Below, piece by piece: positions 44,797 to 53,338 of a stretch of 57,354 nt of DNA. A model generated the notes under the pieces. It was not told the origin of the DNA, searched no databases, and was given only the letters and a program-made list of their open reading frames with translations. This DNA comes from an uncultured virus (IMG/VR IMGVR_UViG_3300028165_000034) (taxonomy: Duplodnaviria; Heunggongvirae; Uroviricota; Caudoviricetes), in IMG/VR virus record IMGVR_UViG_3300028165_000034, positions 62,001-119,354 of that record. One strand, given 5' to 3'. A program made the translations under genes and the position numbers. Position 1 is the stretch's first letter, and every line of letters begins with the position of its first letter.

Positions 44797-44821
44797 AAAA
44801 AGGGAGCCTAGGCTCCCTTTT
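44797..44821. terminator. Bidirectional terminator between convergent blocks
   Basis: Palindrome AAAAGGGAGCC-TA-GGCTCCCTTTT. Confidence 0.85.
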
Positions 44822-44824
44822 CCT

Positions 44825-45175
44825 TTAGTTGCTGAAAATCCGCAGATACGTGTGGTATCCCATTTCCTTGCAACCCTTTGTCTCTTTGAAATCAGCCCAC
44901 ACCGTACCAGTGGTAAACTTCTGTACGAAGCCCACTCGCGCCTCCCAGTTGTTCTTCGACCCTTGATACTGGCGAAAGCCCAGGTTGTTCGCAATGCGCA
45001 GCCCGTAGTTGAAGTCCGACTCCCCACCCGACCACGTGTCCCCGCCACCCTCTGCAAACAGCTTGCCGTCATCACCACGCCAGAGCTTAGTGCAGCCAAA
45101 CAGTTCGACCATCTGGGCTTCCAGGATGTTCAGGTCATCCTTAGTGATCGACGTGTAGGTCGTCTTCTCCATCAT
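44825..45175 (-). CDS. Hypothetical protein
   Basis: Coupled to upstream ORF (ATGA), ends at terminator. Confidence 0.65.
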   Translation of the reverse strand: MMEKTTYTSITKDDLNILEAQMVELFGCTKLWRGDDGKLFAEGGGDTWSGGESDFNYGLRIANNLGFRQYQGSKNNWEARVGFVQKFTTGTVWADFKETKGCKEMGYHTYLRIFSN

Positions 45176-45432
45176 GCCACCTTTGATTTGTTCATCTGGT
45201 TATATTGGTCACGGCGCTTTTCGTATGCCCGATACTGGAGCTGCGCACCCAGCAGCATGTCGGTGAAACGATCCGCGTAGCTACTGGCACCACGACGCTG
45301 TGCTACCTTGATGGCTGTCTTCAGGAATGCGAAATACTTCCCTGGCTCCTTGACCACGCTGATGGCTTTAATGTCTTCCAGCATCTTGCTCAGAATGTTG
45401 CGGTCTTCTTGTGTCAGCGCTTCTGCGATCAT
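45172..45432 (-). CDS. Hypothetical protein
   Basis: GGAG upstream; follows TAATTTA motif on - strand. Confidence 0.6.
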   Translation of the reverse strand: MIAEALTQEDRNILSKMLEDIKAISVVKEPGKYFAFLKTAIKVAQRRGASSYADRFTDMLLGAQLQYRAYEKRRDQYNQMNKSKVA

Positions 45433-45482
45433 TACCCAAAGCTCCGGTTGATGGAATTATGGGTATAAATTAGTGCCAAACG

Positions 45483-45519
45483 AAAAAGGGCGCGGAAGCC
45501 GAAGCCTCACACGCCCTTT
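45483..45519 (-). terminator. Rho-independent terminator
   Basis: - strand AAAGGGCGTGTGAGGC-TTCG-GCTTCCGCGCCC-TTTTT. Confidence 0.8.
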
Positions 45520-45521
45520 GG

Positions 45522-46256
45522 TCATTCACGTCGCAGGAGTCGATCCAGCGGCGTATCTTCGTCACGGTTCTTCCACTCCTCAGCACGGACAGCAAACTCC
45601 GTGATCAAGGTCTTGTAGCTCAAGCGCTGCACACCCTCTGGTAGCTCCATGTCAGCGCCCGCAGCCAGCACATAACCACCGCCGATGTACCCGATCGCTA
45701 GCAGGATGTACTCAGTCTGCACCCACATGGTTCGCGTCTTGCCGTGAATGGTGACGCGAGCGGCTGGGTCGATTGCCTCGATGGCTCTGCGCAGATCACC
45801 ATACAGGTCACCTTTGTGCAGGTAGTGGTGATTGCCAAACTCGGCCAGACGTTCTGCGATCAACTCGCTGCTGTCTAGGTTGCGCTGCGTGTGCAGGAAG
45901 CCATGCACGTCATCTACGCGCGGCATCTTCACACCACAAACCCGCGCCAACAGTTCTTTGTGACGTTCGAGCATCGTCCAGAGTTCAAGGTACAGATCAC
46001 GTCGAGTGGGAACGCCGTTGATTTCATTTCCACCACGCCACTGCTTGCTGATGTACTCCTGAGACTGCTTGATGGTGAACAGCGCATCCTGCAAGCCTTT
46101 GGGAGGAAGCGGCGGCAGCGGGTGATACGTGTCGGCAGGCGTCTCGCGCAGGTTACCCTCGTAGGAGAGCAGCGCTGCTTGGTACGCAAGGAACTCAACT
46201 TGGCGAACGTCACGGGCGTGCTGTTCAAACTCGGTATCGCCAGCAATCTTATCCAT
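45522..46256 (-). CDS. Hypothetical protein
   Basis: Long ORF in tightly packed - strand operon; start uncertain (46256 or 46283). Confidence 0.65.
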   Translation of the reverse strand: MDKIAGDTEFEQHARDVRQVEFLAYQAALLSYEGNLRETPADTYHPLPPLPPKGLQDALFTIKQSQEYISKQWRGGNEINGVPTRRDLYLELWTMLERHKELLARVCGVKMPRVDDVHGFLHTQRNLDSSELIAERLAEFGNHHYLHKGDLYGDLRRAIEAIDPAARVTIHGKTRTMWVQTEYILLAIGYIGGGYVLAAGADMELPEGVQRLSYKTLITEFAVRAEEWKNRDEDTPLDRLLRRE

Positions 46257-46767
46257 GTCGGCGCGCCCCTGTTTGTTCGTCAATGTCCTCGACCACCTTA
46301 AACGCCAGCTTCAAGTTGGCATGATGAATAAACACCGCAGCCACCTCCAGTGCGTTCAGTGGGCTGATCGTCTCCATAGCGTTGACCTGCTGGAGCGCAC
46401 GCTGTACACGCGCCGTACTTTCTTCCAGCGAGTTGCCCAGCTCCTGATTGAAAGGAGACTTGAGCGCCTTCAGGATAACCAGCTTCTGCGCGCTGATCGC
46501 CACGTCACGTTGGTGCAGTTGCGTGAACTGCTGATCTTGTGGCCACGGCATTGTGCGGTACACGCCGAGTAGCATCTGCACACGACGGCTGCCGTTGAGG
46601 TACGTGACGACAACAGGACCACGCGAACGACGCTGATTCAGGTTGGGTTCCAGCAAGCCACTGAACCCAGGCAGGCTCGCGATACGCTGGAGCTCTACCA
46701 CTTGATGATCGCTCAGGTTGAGTACGTCATTGTCGATCCACGTGTTGGCGCTTAATTGAATTTCCAT
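46249..46767 (-). CDS. Hypothetical protein
   Basis: Overlap-coupled ORF with GGAG upstream. Confidence 0.65.
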   Translation of the reverse strand: MEIQLSANTWIDNDVLNLSDHQVVELQRIASLPGFSGLLEPNLNQRRSRGPVVVTYLNGSRRVQMLLGVYRTMPWPQDQQFTQLHQRDVAISAQKLVILKALKSPFNQELGNSLEESTARVQRALQQVNAMETISPLNALEVAAVFIHHANLKLAFKVVEDIDEQTGARRHG

Positions 46768-47054
46768 TTCCGTTCACCCATATTCGGCAGGTCAAGTTCA
46801 ACCGCGATGCGGTCCATGTTGTCGCGTACCCAGTCAGGATTCAGTGCACCCCAGTCGGTCACGCTGTAACGGTACGTCGCGCGCAGCTTGGTACCGGAAT
46901 CTTTTTCGAAGGTAATGCCAAACTTCTTCGCATGGTCTCGAATGGACCTGTCGATTGCTACAAGCTCCAGCCCGGAGTGATCTGCAATTTGCTGCGGCGT
47001 ATCCAAGCCGTAGTGCATCGCTCCGAGAATGTAGACGGTTCGCTTAAAATTCAT
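46752..47054 (-). CDS. Winged HTH protein (HTH_43-like)
   Basis: F.R.VYI, TPQQIADHSGL, Y.VTDWGALNPDWV motif; similar to C-half of 1448-2086. Confidence 0.6.
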   Translation of the reverse strand: MNFKRTVYILGAMHYGLDTPQQIADHSGLELVAIDRSIRDHAKKFGITFEKDSGTKLRATYRYSVTDWGALNPDWVRDNMDRIAVELDLPNMGERKWKFN

Positions 47055-47057
47055 GCC

Positions 47058-47468
47058 TCAAATCCTTTCGACGTGACCGTTCTTCCAACCGTTGATGTAA
47101 TCTAGGAAGCATCCGGTCGCACGTTTGTATTGCAACACACCGCGCGAATCGCCAACGACTTGGTAGTTATCCAAGCCTTCGTCGGTCGACTCTAGCTCAA
47201 TGCCGTGGTCAACGTAGCGATACATTGCGCGGTAGAAGTCTTTCGACAGCAGATTGGCAAAGCGCACGCACTGAACGTCACGGCGCTCCTCAGCATCCAA
47301 CCATTGGTTGTACAGGCATAGCAAAATCTTCCCCGAGTTGCCTGCATTGTCCGTCATACGTCGGGCAATCTTTCGTGGGACGTTGCGCAGAATGTACACC
47401 CGCTTGAACGTGTGGCTCACAGCAAACAGGACTATTCGGTCTTTGAACCGTGAGTTGGCTTTGCTCAT
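47058..47468 (-). CDS. Hypothetical protein
   Basis: Coupled ORF. Confidence 0.6.
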   Translation of the reverse strand: MSKANSRFKDRIVLFAVSHTFKRVYILRNVPRKIARRMTDNAGNSGKILLCLYNQWLDAEERRDVQCVRFANLLSKDFYRAMYRYVDHGIELESTDEGLDNYQVVGDSRGVLQYKRATGCFLDYINGWKNGHVERI

Positions 47469-48112
47469 TTGTAGGCTTTCCGTACCCGCTCTACCGCGTC
47501 AGCCGAAGCGATCTTCGGGTTCTTGTTGTTGAGACGCTTGAGGTGATTCTCGACCCACGTGAGCTTCTGCAGGTCTTCTTCGATCACCAGCGACATGGCG
47601 ATAACATTGTCCTGCTTGAACTTGGTAGTCAGCGGATCAACTTCCAACCCGTAGGTGTTCATCAGCTCTTCCCGCGCACTGTGATAGCGCTTGCGGATGT
47701 TGCCGATAAACTTCATCAGGTTGGTTACGGTCATCGGCAGACGCTCGACGCCGAAGTTGTACAGCTGGACAACCACTGTGTCATAGTCGGCACTGAACTC
47801 CGGCGCCTTGATGACGCGATTGCTGTCCGTGTCGAGCACGATCCAGCTCAAGTCAACCAACTCAGGCACTTCAACCGTCGCAGCGAACGCGAGAATGTCT
47901 GCTGGTACTTCACCGTAGCGGGCATCCAGCGGGTGCGGGATTTGGCGACGCTGAATCTCAGGCAGGTCGAACGGCAGATTGCGCAGCTCCACCAGCTTGT
48001 TGCGCGTAGAGTTGCTACCGTCCAGCACGTACACATAGCGCAATTCGGCTGGGTGGAAGTCTTGCAGGTCTCGGGAAGTCAGTGCGACGCCCGTGTTGTT
48101 GTTGATAAGCAT
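47465..48112 (-). CDS. Hypothetical protein
   Basis: GGAGG RBS, TAATG coupling. Confidence 0.65.
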   Translation of the reverse strand: MLINNNTGVALTSRDLQDFHPAELRYVYVLDGSNSTRNKLVELRNLPFDLPEIQRRQIPHPLDARYGEVPADILAFAATVEVPELVDLSWIVLDTDSNRVIKAPEFSADYDTVVVQLYNFGVERLPMTVTNLMKFIGNIRKRYHSAREELMNTYGLEVDPLTTKFKQDNVIAMSLVIEEDLQKLTWVENHLKRLNNKNPKIASADAVERVRKAYK

Positions 48113-48408
48113 TATGCCTCCAGTGGGGCCATTTTGACTTGGACACCATTGCGAAGATCGGCAGGCGGTGACGGCTCTGGGTACTCAACCTTTTGCTTGT
48201 CGTCACGCCACTCGCCGCCAGCAAGGATAACAGAGTGCGGCTTCTTGTATTCTGTTTTACACTTCGGACACGGCCCATCGAGTTCTGCGCAGCCGTGATC
48301 GTACTCGTCCTCAAGTCGGTTGACTGACCAGAGCAAGCCGCCACACTTGCACTGGATGCCGTTGCTGATAACGCACGGATACTTCACTTCCGTCACTTTA
48401 CCCCTCAT
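48112..48408 (-). CDS. Small Zn-binding hypothetical protein
   Basis: CKCGG...CPKC; GGGAG RBS before ATG 48408. Confidence 0.6.
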   Translation of the reverse strand: MRGKVTEVKYPCVISNGIQCKCGGLLWSVNRLEDEYDHGCAELDGPCPKCKTEYKKPHSVILAGGEWRDDKQKVEYPEPSPPADLRNGVQVKMAPLEA

Positions 48409-49132
48409 AGCCCAACTCCCTTGGATGTAGTGGCAAGCCATTCTCTTGCTGTGTGCTCGAACGATACGGCTGCGCGAATGGATCGTTGCGCCACGGACTG
48501 AACGGGTTGGTGAGCACGTGCCAGTAGAATTCGCTCAAGTGCTGACACACCTCACGGAGCTTCGCCTCGAACCCGCTGAGCTCCATGCCCTTCGTGCGTG
48601 CGAGCAGTGCGTCCACGCGGTCCTGCATATCTTGGCTGACGTTAATCATCAGCGACAGCAGACCCATCTGGCGATCAAACGCGGGCGAGCAATCCAAGAG
48701 CGGGAACGTCCAAGTGGTTTCGCAACCGTAACCATCAAGCGAGTGATGGTTGAAGTTGATGGTGTTTGGCCACCAGCCACGGAACGGCCACTGGTCCATC
48801 GCACGCATCGCACCTTCAAAGAAGCCGCGTATGTCGAGAGCCAGTTGCTCCGAGTACCCACTATCCATTGCAATGTCTAGATCGCGTTTTGGTGGCGGAA
48901 TGTACTGCTTACCGTTGCCGAAGTACAGGGTGTCGTTTTGTTTAACGACGTCCGTGATCCCGAGTCGACCCTGCCAACCTGCACGCACGTTGAGAATGAA
49001 GAAGTCGAGGTGGGTGAGAATTTCACCCTCCAGCTTCGGATCGTTCGACGCTTCCTGCAGCTCCTTGATCAGGTCAGCAAGAGGCTTGGCACGCTCGGCT
49101 ACGGCAGATCGAACTGCGGGAAGGTTACTCAT
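48398..49132 (-). CDS. Hypothetical protein
   Basis: GGAGG RBS, ATGA coupling. Confidence 0.65.
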   Translation of the reverse strand: MSNLPAVRSAVAERAKPLADLIKELQEASNDPKLEGEILTHLDFFILNVRAGWQGRLGITDVVKQNDTLYFGNGKQYIPPPKRDLDIAMDSGYSEQLALDIRGFFEGAMRAMDQWPFRGWWPNTINFNHHSLDGYGCETTWTFPLLDCSPAFDRQMGLLSLMINVSQDMQDRVDALLARTKGMELSGFEAKLREVCQHLSEFYWHVLTNPFSPWRNDPFAQPYRSSTQQENGLPLHPRELGYEG

Positions 49133-49548
49133 TCACCCTCCCGTGCGTGAATCGCATCCAGGTCGTTGAGCATGTTCGTGGAGAAGTTCTTCACGAAGTC
49201 CTCATACTCCGACTTGTGGTAGGTGTAGTGCAGTTGCGCGTGCTGCCCATTGCGCCACGTGATAAGCACGTCGATTGCCAGCCGATTCTCTTCCACCTTG
49301 TCAGGCGTGTTGTTGCGTTCGTCGCAGATGACCTCTACGGACTTCCAGAGCTCCGCAGCCTTGTTGGTCATGTACGCATCGAAGCGCATCTTCATCGCCA
49401 CGCGAATGTCTACGGTGTTGACGAAGTTGTAGGCGGCATACGTCTGGAACACGTCGTTGTCCGCGTGGTTGAACACCGCCACCAGATCGGTAGACTCGCG
49501 CTTGTTGAGCCCAGTGAGTTGCAGGCTTGCCAATGAGATACGGGTCAT
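49129..49548 (-). CDS. Stand-alone tail-sheath C-terminal-domain-like protein
   Basis: VICDERNNTPDKVEENRLAIDVLI matches the sheath C-terminal V.CD..NNTP..ID.N.L..DI motif; only 139 aa. Confidence 0.6.
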   Translation of the reverse strand: MTRISLASLQLTGLNKRESTDLVAVFNHADNDVFQTYAAYNFVNTVDIRVAMKMRFDAYMTNKAAELWKSVEVICDERNNTPDKVEENRLAIDVLITWRNGQHAQLHYTYHKSEYEDFVKNFSTNMLNDLDAIHAREGE

Positions 49549-49551
49549 CGC

Positions 49552-50844
49552 TTACTCCAGATAGTGGGGAATCCAGCGTTCGTTGTGCCAGCCAACCACC
49601 TTGCCGTTGAACTCGCGTATGCACAGCGTTGCTGCGGTGCAAGTGGCGCCGCCTTCGTCAGGCACGACAAACATACCGATGATGAAGTCGTTGCGTCCAT
49701 TGAGTTGATGCGCTGGGCAGAACTCTTGGTAGACACGGGTAGTGCCGTCGTACGGACCTTCCGACGTGTACGCTTCACCGGTTTGCGTGTGGATCGTGAC
49801 GTTAGCCGACATGCGACCCATATTGGGCTTCGAGACATACGGCGCGTTCGTGTTGATGAACGGCGACGGCTCCATGTAGGTCTTGAGCAGTGGCAGGTCT
49901 GCGTACTGCGACAGGCCGCCAAACTTCATGACCTCGGTGATGTACGCCCAGATGCCTTTGTTCGATGCGAACCAGCGCCATGCAGGCTCGAAGAAGGTGA
50001 CGTTCTGGCACCACTTGCCCCAATTGGAGAATACGCTCGGCGCAGCTTCGACCATTTCTTCCCACGGGTGCAGGATGAATACAGCGTCCAGGCGATAGTC
50101 GCCGAAGACGAATGGCTTGGACGGTTCCGAGTGATCGAAGTCCAGCTCGTTAATGTCCACGAAGAACACGTTCGGGTTGATCTGGCTCATGATCTGCGCG
50201 ATGGTTTCGCACGTCGCCATGTCCTCGAACGAGTCTTGATGGAAGACGACTGCGGAGTGCCCTGGGATTTGCCCAAGATGCCCGAACAGTTCGTCCATCA
50301 GCGGCCACAGGCTGTTGAGCTGGCATTCTTCGTCGCCGGTCACTTGCTTACACAGCAGCGTCTGGAGGTTCACCGACTCAAACAGCATGGTCGGAGTGTC
50401 GCCGTTGAATTCGTAGATGCCAGTGACTTCGTTGGTCGCAGGATCGAATGCCGCGTCGAAGCGCCCGTAGATTGGTTGCTTGTGCGAACTGCGCGACGTA
50501 TAGGTCCAGCGCGCATAGTCCAGGAACTCAGGATGCTTGGCCAGAAGTTCGCTGCCCATGTAGCGCTCGATCACCGCACGGTTCTCTTTGAACAGCATAC
50601 CCACTGCATCGTGGAGACAGGCGTAGGTGCGCTCGAAGATGGTTTCGATTTTGGCGCAGGCCGACTGCTGGAGGACGTAGAACGGCATGTTGTGCGCGTG
50701 CTCCGTGGCGTACTGGAAGTATTCGCGCACGTCCTGTTTGAGTTCGTTGCTGTTTGCCTCGCGATAGAACGCCTGGGTCCACGGCAGCTCCTCGTCCATC
50801 AAGGTGTCGAGGTTCAGATTGATTGGGTGATTCTGAATACGCAT
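49552..50844 (-). CDS. Glutathionylspermidine synthase family ATP-grasp ligase (YgiC/YjfC-like)
   Basis: YGRFD, YEFNGDTPTMLFES, F.LHPWE, FEPAW....SNKG, YVSKP.MGR.SANV, VYQEF, PHY. Confidence 0.92.
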   Translation of the reverse strand: MRIQNHPINLNLDTLMDEELPWTQAFYREANSNELKQDVREYFQYATEHAHNMPFYVLQQSACAKIETIFERTYACLHDAVGMLFKENRAVIERYMGSELLAKHPEFLDYARWTYTSRSSHKQPIYGRFDAAFDPATNEVTGIYEFNGDTPTMLFESVNLQTLLCKQVTGDEECQLNSLWPLMDELFGHLGQIPGHSAVVFHQDSFEDMATCETIAQIMSQINPNVFFVDINELDFDHSEPSKPFVFGDYRLDAVFILHPWEEMVEAAPSVFSNWGKWCQNVTFFEPAWRWFASNKGIWAYITEVMKFGGLSQYADLPLLKTYMEPSPFINTNAPYVSKPNMGRMSANVTIHTQTGEAYTSEGPYDGTTRVYQEFCPAHQLNGRNDFIIGMFVVPDEGGATCTAATLCIREFNGKVVGWHNERWIPHYLE

Positions 50845-50847
50845 TGC

Positions 50848-51459
50848 TTAGCTCCCAGAAGATACTGCGTGCGCGCCGCCACGAGCGCCAGTCGAACCTG
50901 CGAAAACTCCCGAAGTGCGGGAGGAGATAACTGCCTTTGTAGCCGAGCTGCGGAAGCTTGGCGACGACCGGATCGCAGAACGATTGTTGTTCATCATGGT
51001 GGACGTGTACGCTGCGGTACCTGCGTTTGTACGACGGCGACGATCATCCTCGTCCGCATACGACTGGTAGGAGCGTGGAGGATTCGATGCCGCATACCCG
51101 CTGTAGCCACCACGATTGTTCATCATCGACGCGACTGCGTAGCCAGTAGCTGCACCAGCGAGCAGTGGCCATACGGAACTGGAACTCGACCCGTTGGCTT
51201 CTTCGCGCACGATGTTGAGTTCCTTCTCACCCTTTTCGTTGTAGGTGAAGTAGGCATCTTTGACAGACGGGTCCTTCTTGCGCAGTTCGGCAACGGTCTG
51301 TTTCAGGTCTTCCTGATCGGCAGCCATCTGCTGTCGAGTTGCGGATGCAGCCTGATCTTCAAGGTACTTCGCCTCTTCCTCAGGCGTAGGCGGCTCGTCC
51401 TGTTGCTCACACCCGACCAGTACCAGTGCTGCGGCTGCTGCCACAAATACTTCTTTCAT
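50848..51459 (-). CDS. Lipoprotein, YgiB/DUF1190-like
   Basis: LVLVG|C lipobox; SSSSSVWPLLAG..GY...MM motif; R/S/G-rich tail; directly upstream of GspS-like gene. Confidence 0.7.
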   Translation of the reverse strand: MKEVFVAAAAALVLVGCEQQDEPPTPEEEAKYLEDQAASATRQQMAADQEDLKQTVAELRKKDPSVKDAYFTYNEKGEKELNIVREEANGSSSSSVWPLLAGAATGYAVASMMNNRGGYSGYAASNPPRSYQSYADEDDRRRRTNAGTAAYTSTMMNNNRSAIRSSPSFRSSATKAVISSRTSGVFAGSTGARGGAHAVSSGS

Positions 51460-51830
51460 CGCTTACTCCTGTTCTTCAATATGAGGCGAACTTGTTTGAG
51501 GACGCTATCACCGTGACAGCGTTTGGGTTTGCAGTAACACTCAAGCACCACATCATAACCAGTTTCGACTAGATCGGCGATGCGATTAAGTTCAGCCATG
51601 ATGCGGCGATTGTTCTTGGCAACACGCTTCTCCAGCCAGCGATCATAGCGGTCGCATACTTCGCTGCGTGTGCCGTAATACGGAGTAGGCCAGCGGTTCT
51701 GCAACACACTGGGCCTACCGATGTAGATGGTGACTGTCTTCCTAGTGCTTGGTGGACGGTCCACCTTCATGTTGACTAGGGATAGTCTCCCCAGTTTGTT
51801 CATTGAATCGAACAATCCGGGACCTATCAT
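51456..51830 (-). CDS. DUF4326-family protein
   Basis: IYIGRPS.L.N, R.EVCDRY..W, LECYCKPKRCHGD. Confidence 0.88.
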   Translation of the reverse strand: MIGPGLFDSMNKLGRLSLVNMKVDRPPSTRKTVTIYIGRPSVLQNRWPTPYYGTRSEVCDRYDRWLEKRVAKNNRRIMAELNRIADLVETGYDVVLECYCKPKRCHGDSVLKQVRLILKNRSKR

Positions 51831-52212
51831 ACTGGAACGCTCCTATCGAATGCTTTGGTCCCATGCTGAGAATATTGCGCACAGTGTCCTTGTCAATCAA
51901 GTCCACATCGACACGAGGCTTCTCACCTTCTCGCTGGCTGTTGGTAATCAACAACGTCTTGCCAGATGCGAGCAGTGCATCCAAGATGCGCGTGGAGAAT
52001 GACTTCAATGACTTCTTTGCACCCTCGCGAAGGCGGGTATGGTTGTCAAACATTTCGGCCACCTCAGGACTCACGTTGAACGAGTCCTTGAGGAAGTCTT
52101 CCGATATGTCAAGCGCAACCATCGTCATGGTCAAACGGATATTCTCGTCCGTCACTGCGATGTTGTTGCGTTGGAGCATTGCCTCAGCTTCTTCCTGCGT
52201 GATCTTTGCCAT
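51742..52212 (-). CDS. Hypothetical protein
   Basis: AGGAG RBS; 3' end overlaps the DUF4326 ORF. Confidence 0.6.
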   Translation of the reverse strand: MAKITQEEAEAMLQRNNIAVTDENIRLTMTMVALDISEDFLKDSFNVSPEVAEMFDNHTRLREGAKKSLKSFSTRILDALLASGKTLLITNSQREGEKPRVDVDLIDKDTVRNILSMGPKHSIGAFQYDRSRIVRFNEQTGETIPSQHEGGPSTKH

Positions 52213-52220
52213 GTAGACTC

Positions 52221-52559
52221 CTAGTAGTCAATGTCACCCAAGCGCACGCTAGAGAACTTCGGATAGTACGTGCTCCAGCTACCGCCTTTGAATTCCGGCT
52301 TGTTCACCATGTCAGTGTACATGCGCTGCTTTGGAAGGCGTGGTGGGTTGTAGTTCAGCGCGTTGAAGTTGGCCTGCACAGCAAGGCACGCTTCGGTAAT
52401 CGACGCACCTTCGGCACTTGCCACGTTTACTAAGTCAGGGAAGGTGGCGATGTACACTTGGCGCTCTGCATCGTAGCGCGTCCAGATGTAGTAGCGTGGG
52501 CCATCTGGGATCGACGCCATGCCTTTGCTCACGCGCCCTTTGTAGTAGCGCCTAGGCAT
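52221..52559 (-). CDS. HicB-like antitoxin-domain protein
   Basis: Y....YD...VYIATFPDL....AEGASITEA motif; GAGGAG RBS before ATG 52559. Confidence 0.6.
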   Translation of the reverse strand: MPRRYYKGRVSKGMASIPDGPRYYIWTRYDAERQVYIATFPDLVNVASAEGASITEACLAVQANFNALNYNPPRLPKQRMYTDMVNKPEFKGGSWSTYYPKFSSVRLGDIDY

Positions 52560-52752
52560 CTGGTGTCTCCTCAAGCGCCTTGTTGATCGCGTCACGCATT
52601 TCGACCAGCGATGCACGTGGCATGACGGTGTCGGCATACTGACCATCAAGGCAGACGTAGAAGCGGAAGCCGCCGTCGAGCTGGCCGACAGTGCCGTGAC
52701 TGCCACGCCCGCCATTGACGCACTCCATGGAAAACTCGTGGGACTTAGCCAT
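52552..52752 (-). CDS. Small hypothetical protein, paralogous to N-terminus of the MazG-like gene
   Basis: SHG...Y..L.G...D..MPR.SLV..RDAIN shared; AAGGAG RBS. Confidence 0.65.
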   Translation of the reverse strand: MAKSHEFSMECVNGGRGSHGTVGQLDGGFRFYVCLDGQYADTVMPRASLVEMRDAINKALEETPDA

Positions 52753-53338
52753 TGTCGGTCTCCTTGCGGTCTGGGTACACGCCCGGCAGCGCACTCATGC
52801 TCGGCTTGAGTTTCTGCTTCTCGCGAATGCGTACCAAGACTTCTGGCAGGTTGATGCGCGCCAGTTCAGTCATCATGGCAGCTTGCAGGTCAACGTCGAT
52901 TGCGTAGCACAGCGCGGCGAGAGTGACCATGGTGCCGCCGACTTCCTGCGAGACTTCACCCACGTCGCGACCGAACACATAGTCAACGAGATTGCTGGCT
53001 TCCTGTTTGGTGCAACCTGTGGCCTGTACAAGCTCCAAAGCCTCTTCGAGGAAGCGATGGTTACGCTCTTGCCCATCGAAGGCGATCTTCTTGCCGAAGC
53101 AACGAAGTAGCCAGTCACCAACTTCGGCCTGAAACGAGTTTTCACCCAGCTCAGCGTTGATGGCATCGCGCAGCGCCACGAGGCTTTCACGTGGCATGGT
53201 TTCGTCAGACTGGCGACCGCACAGGCTCAGGTACAGATTGTAACCGTTCACGTCTTCCTGAAAGCTGATGTGCCCGTGCGACTTGACGTGCTCAGGCTGG
53301 TCTGGATGGTACGAACTATCCAGCGTAAACTTGTTCAT
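52745..53338 (-). CDS. MazG-like all-alpha NTP pyrophosphatase domain protein
   Basis: FQ..V.DW...CFG, RFLEEALELVQA, EVSQEVGG..VTLAALC. Confidence 0.65.
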   Translation of the reverse strand: MNKFTLDSSYHPDQPEHVKSHGHISFQEDVNGYNLYLSLCGRQSDETMPRESLVALRDAINAELGENSFQAEVGDWLLRCFGKKIAFDGQERNHRFLEEALELVQATGCTKQEASNLVDYVFGRDVGEVSQEVGGTMVTLAALCYAIDVDLQAAMMTELARINLPEVLVRIREKQKLKPSMSALPGVYPDRKETDNG

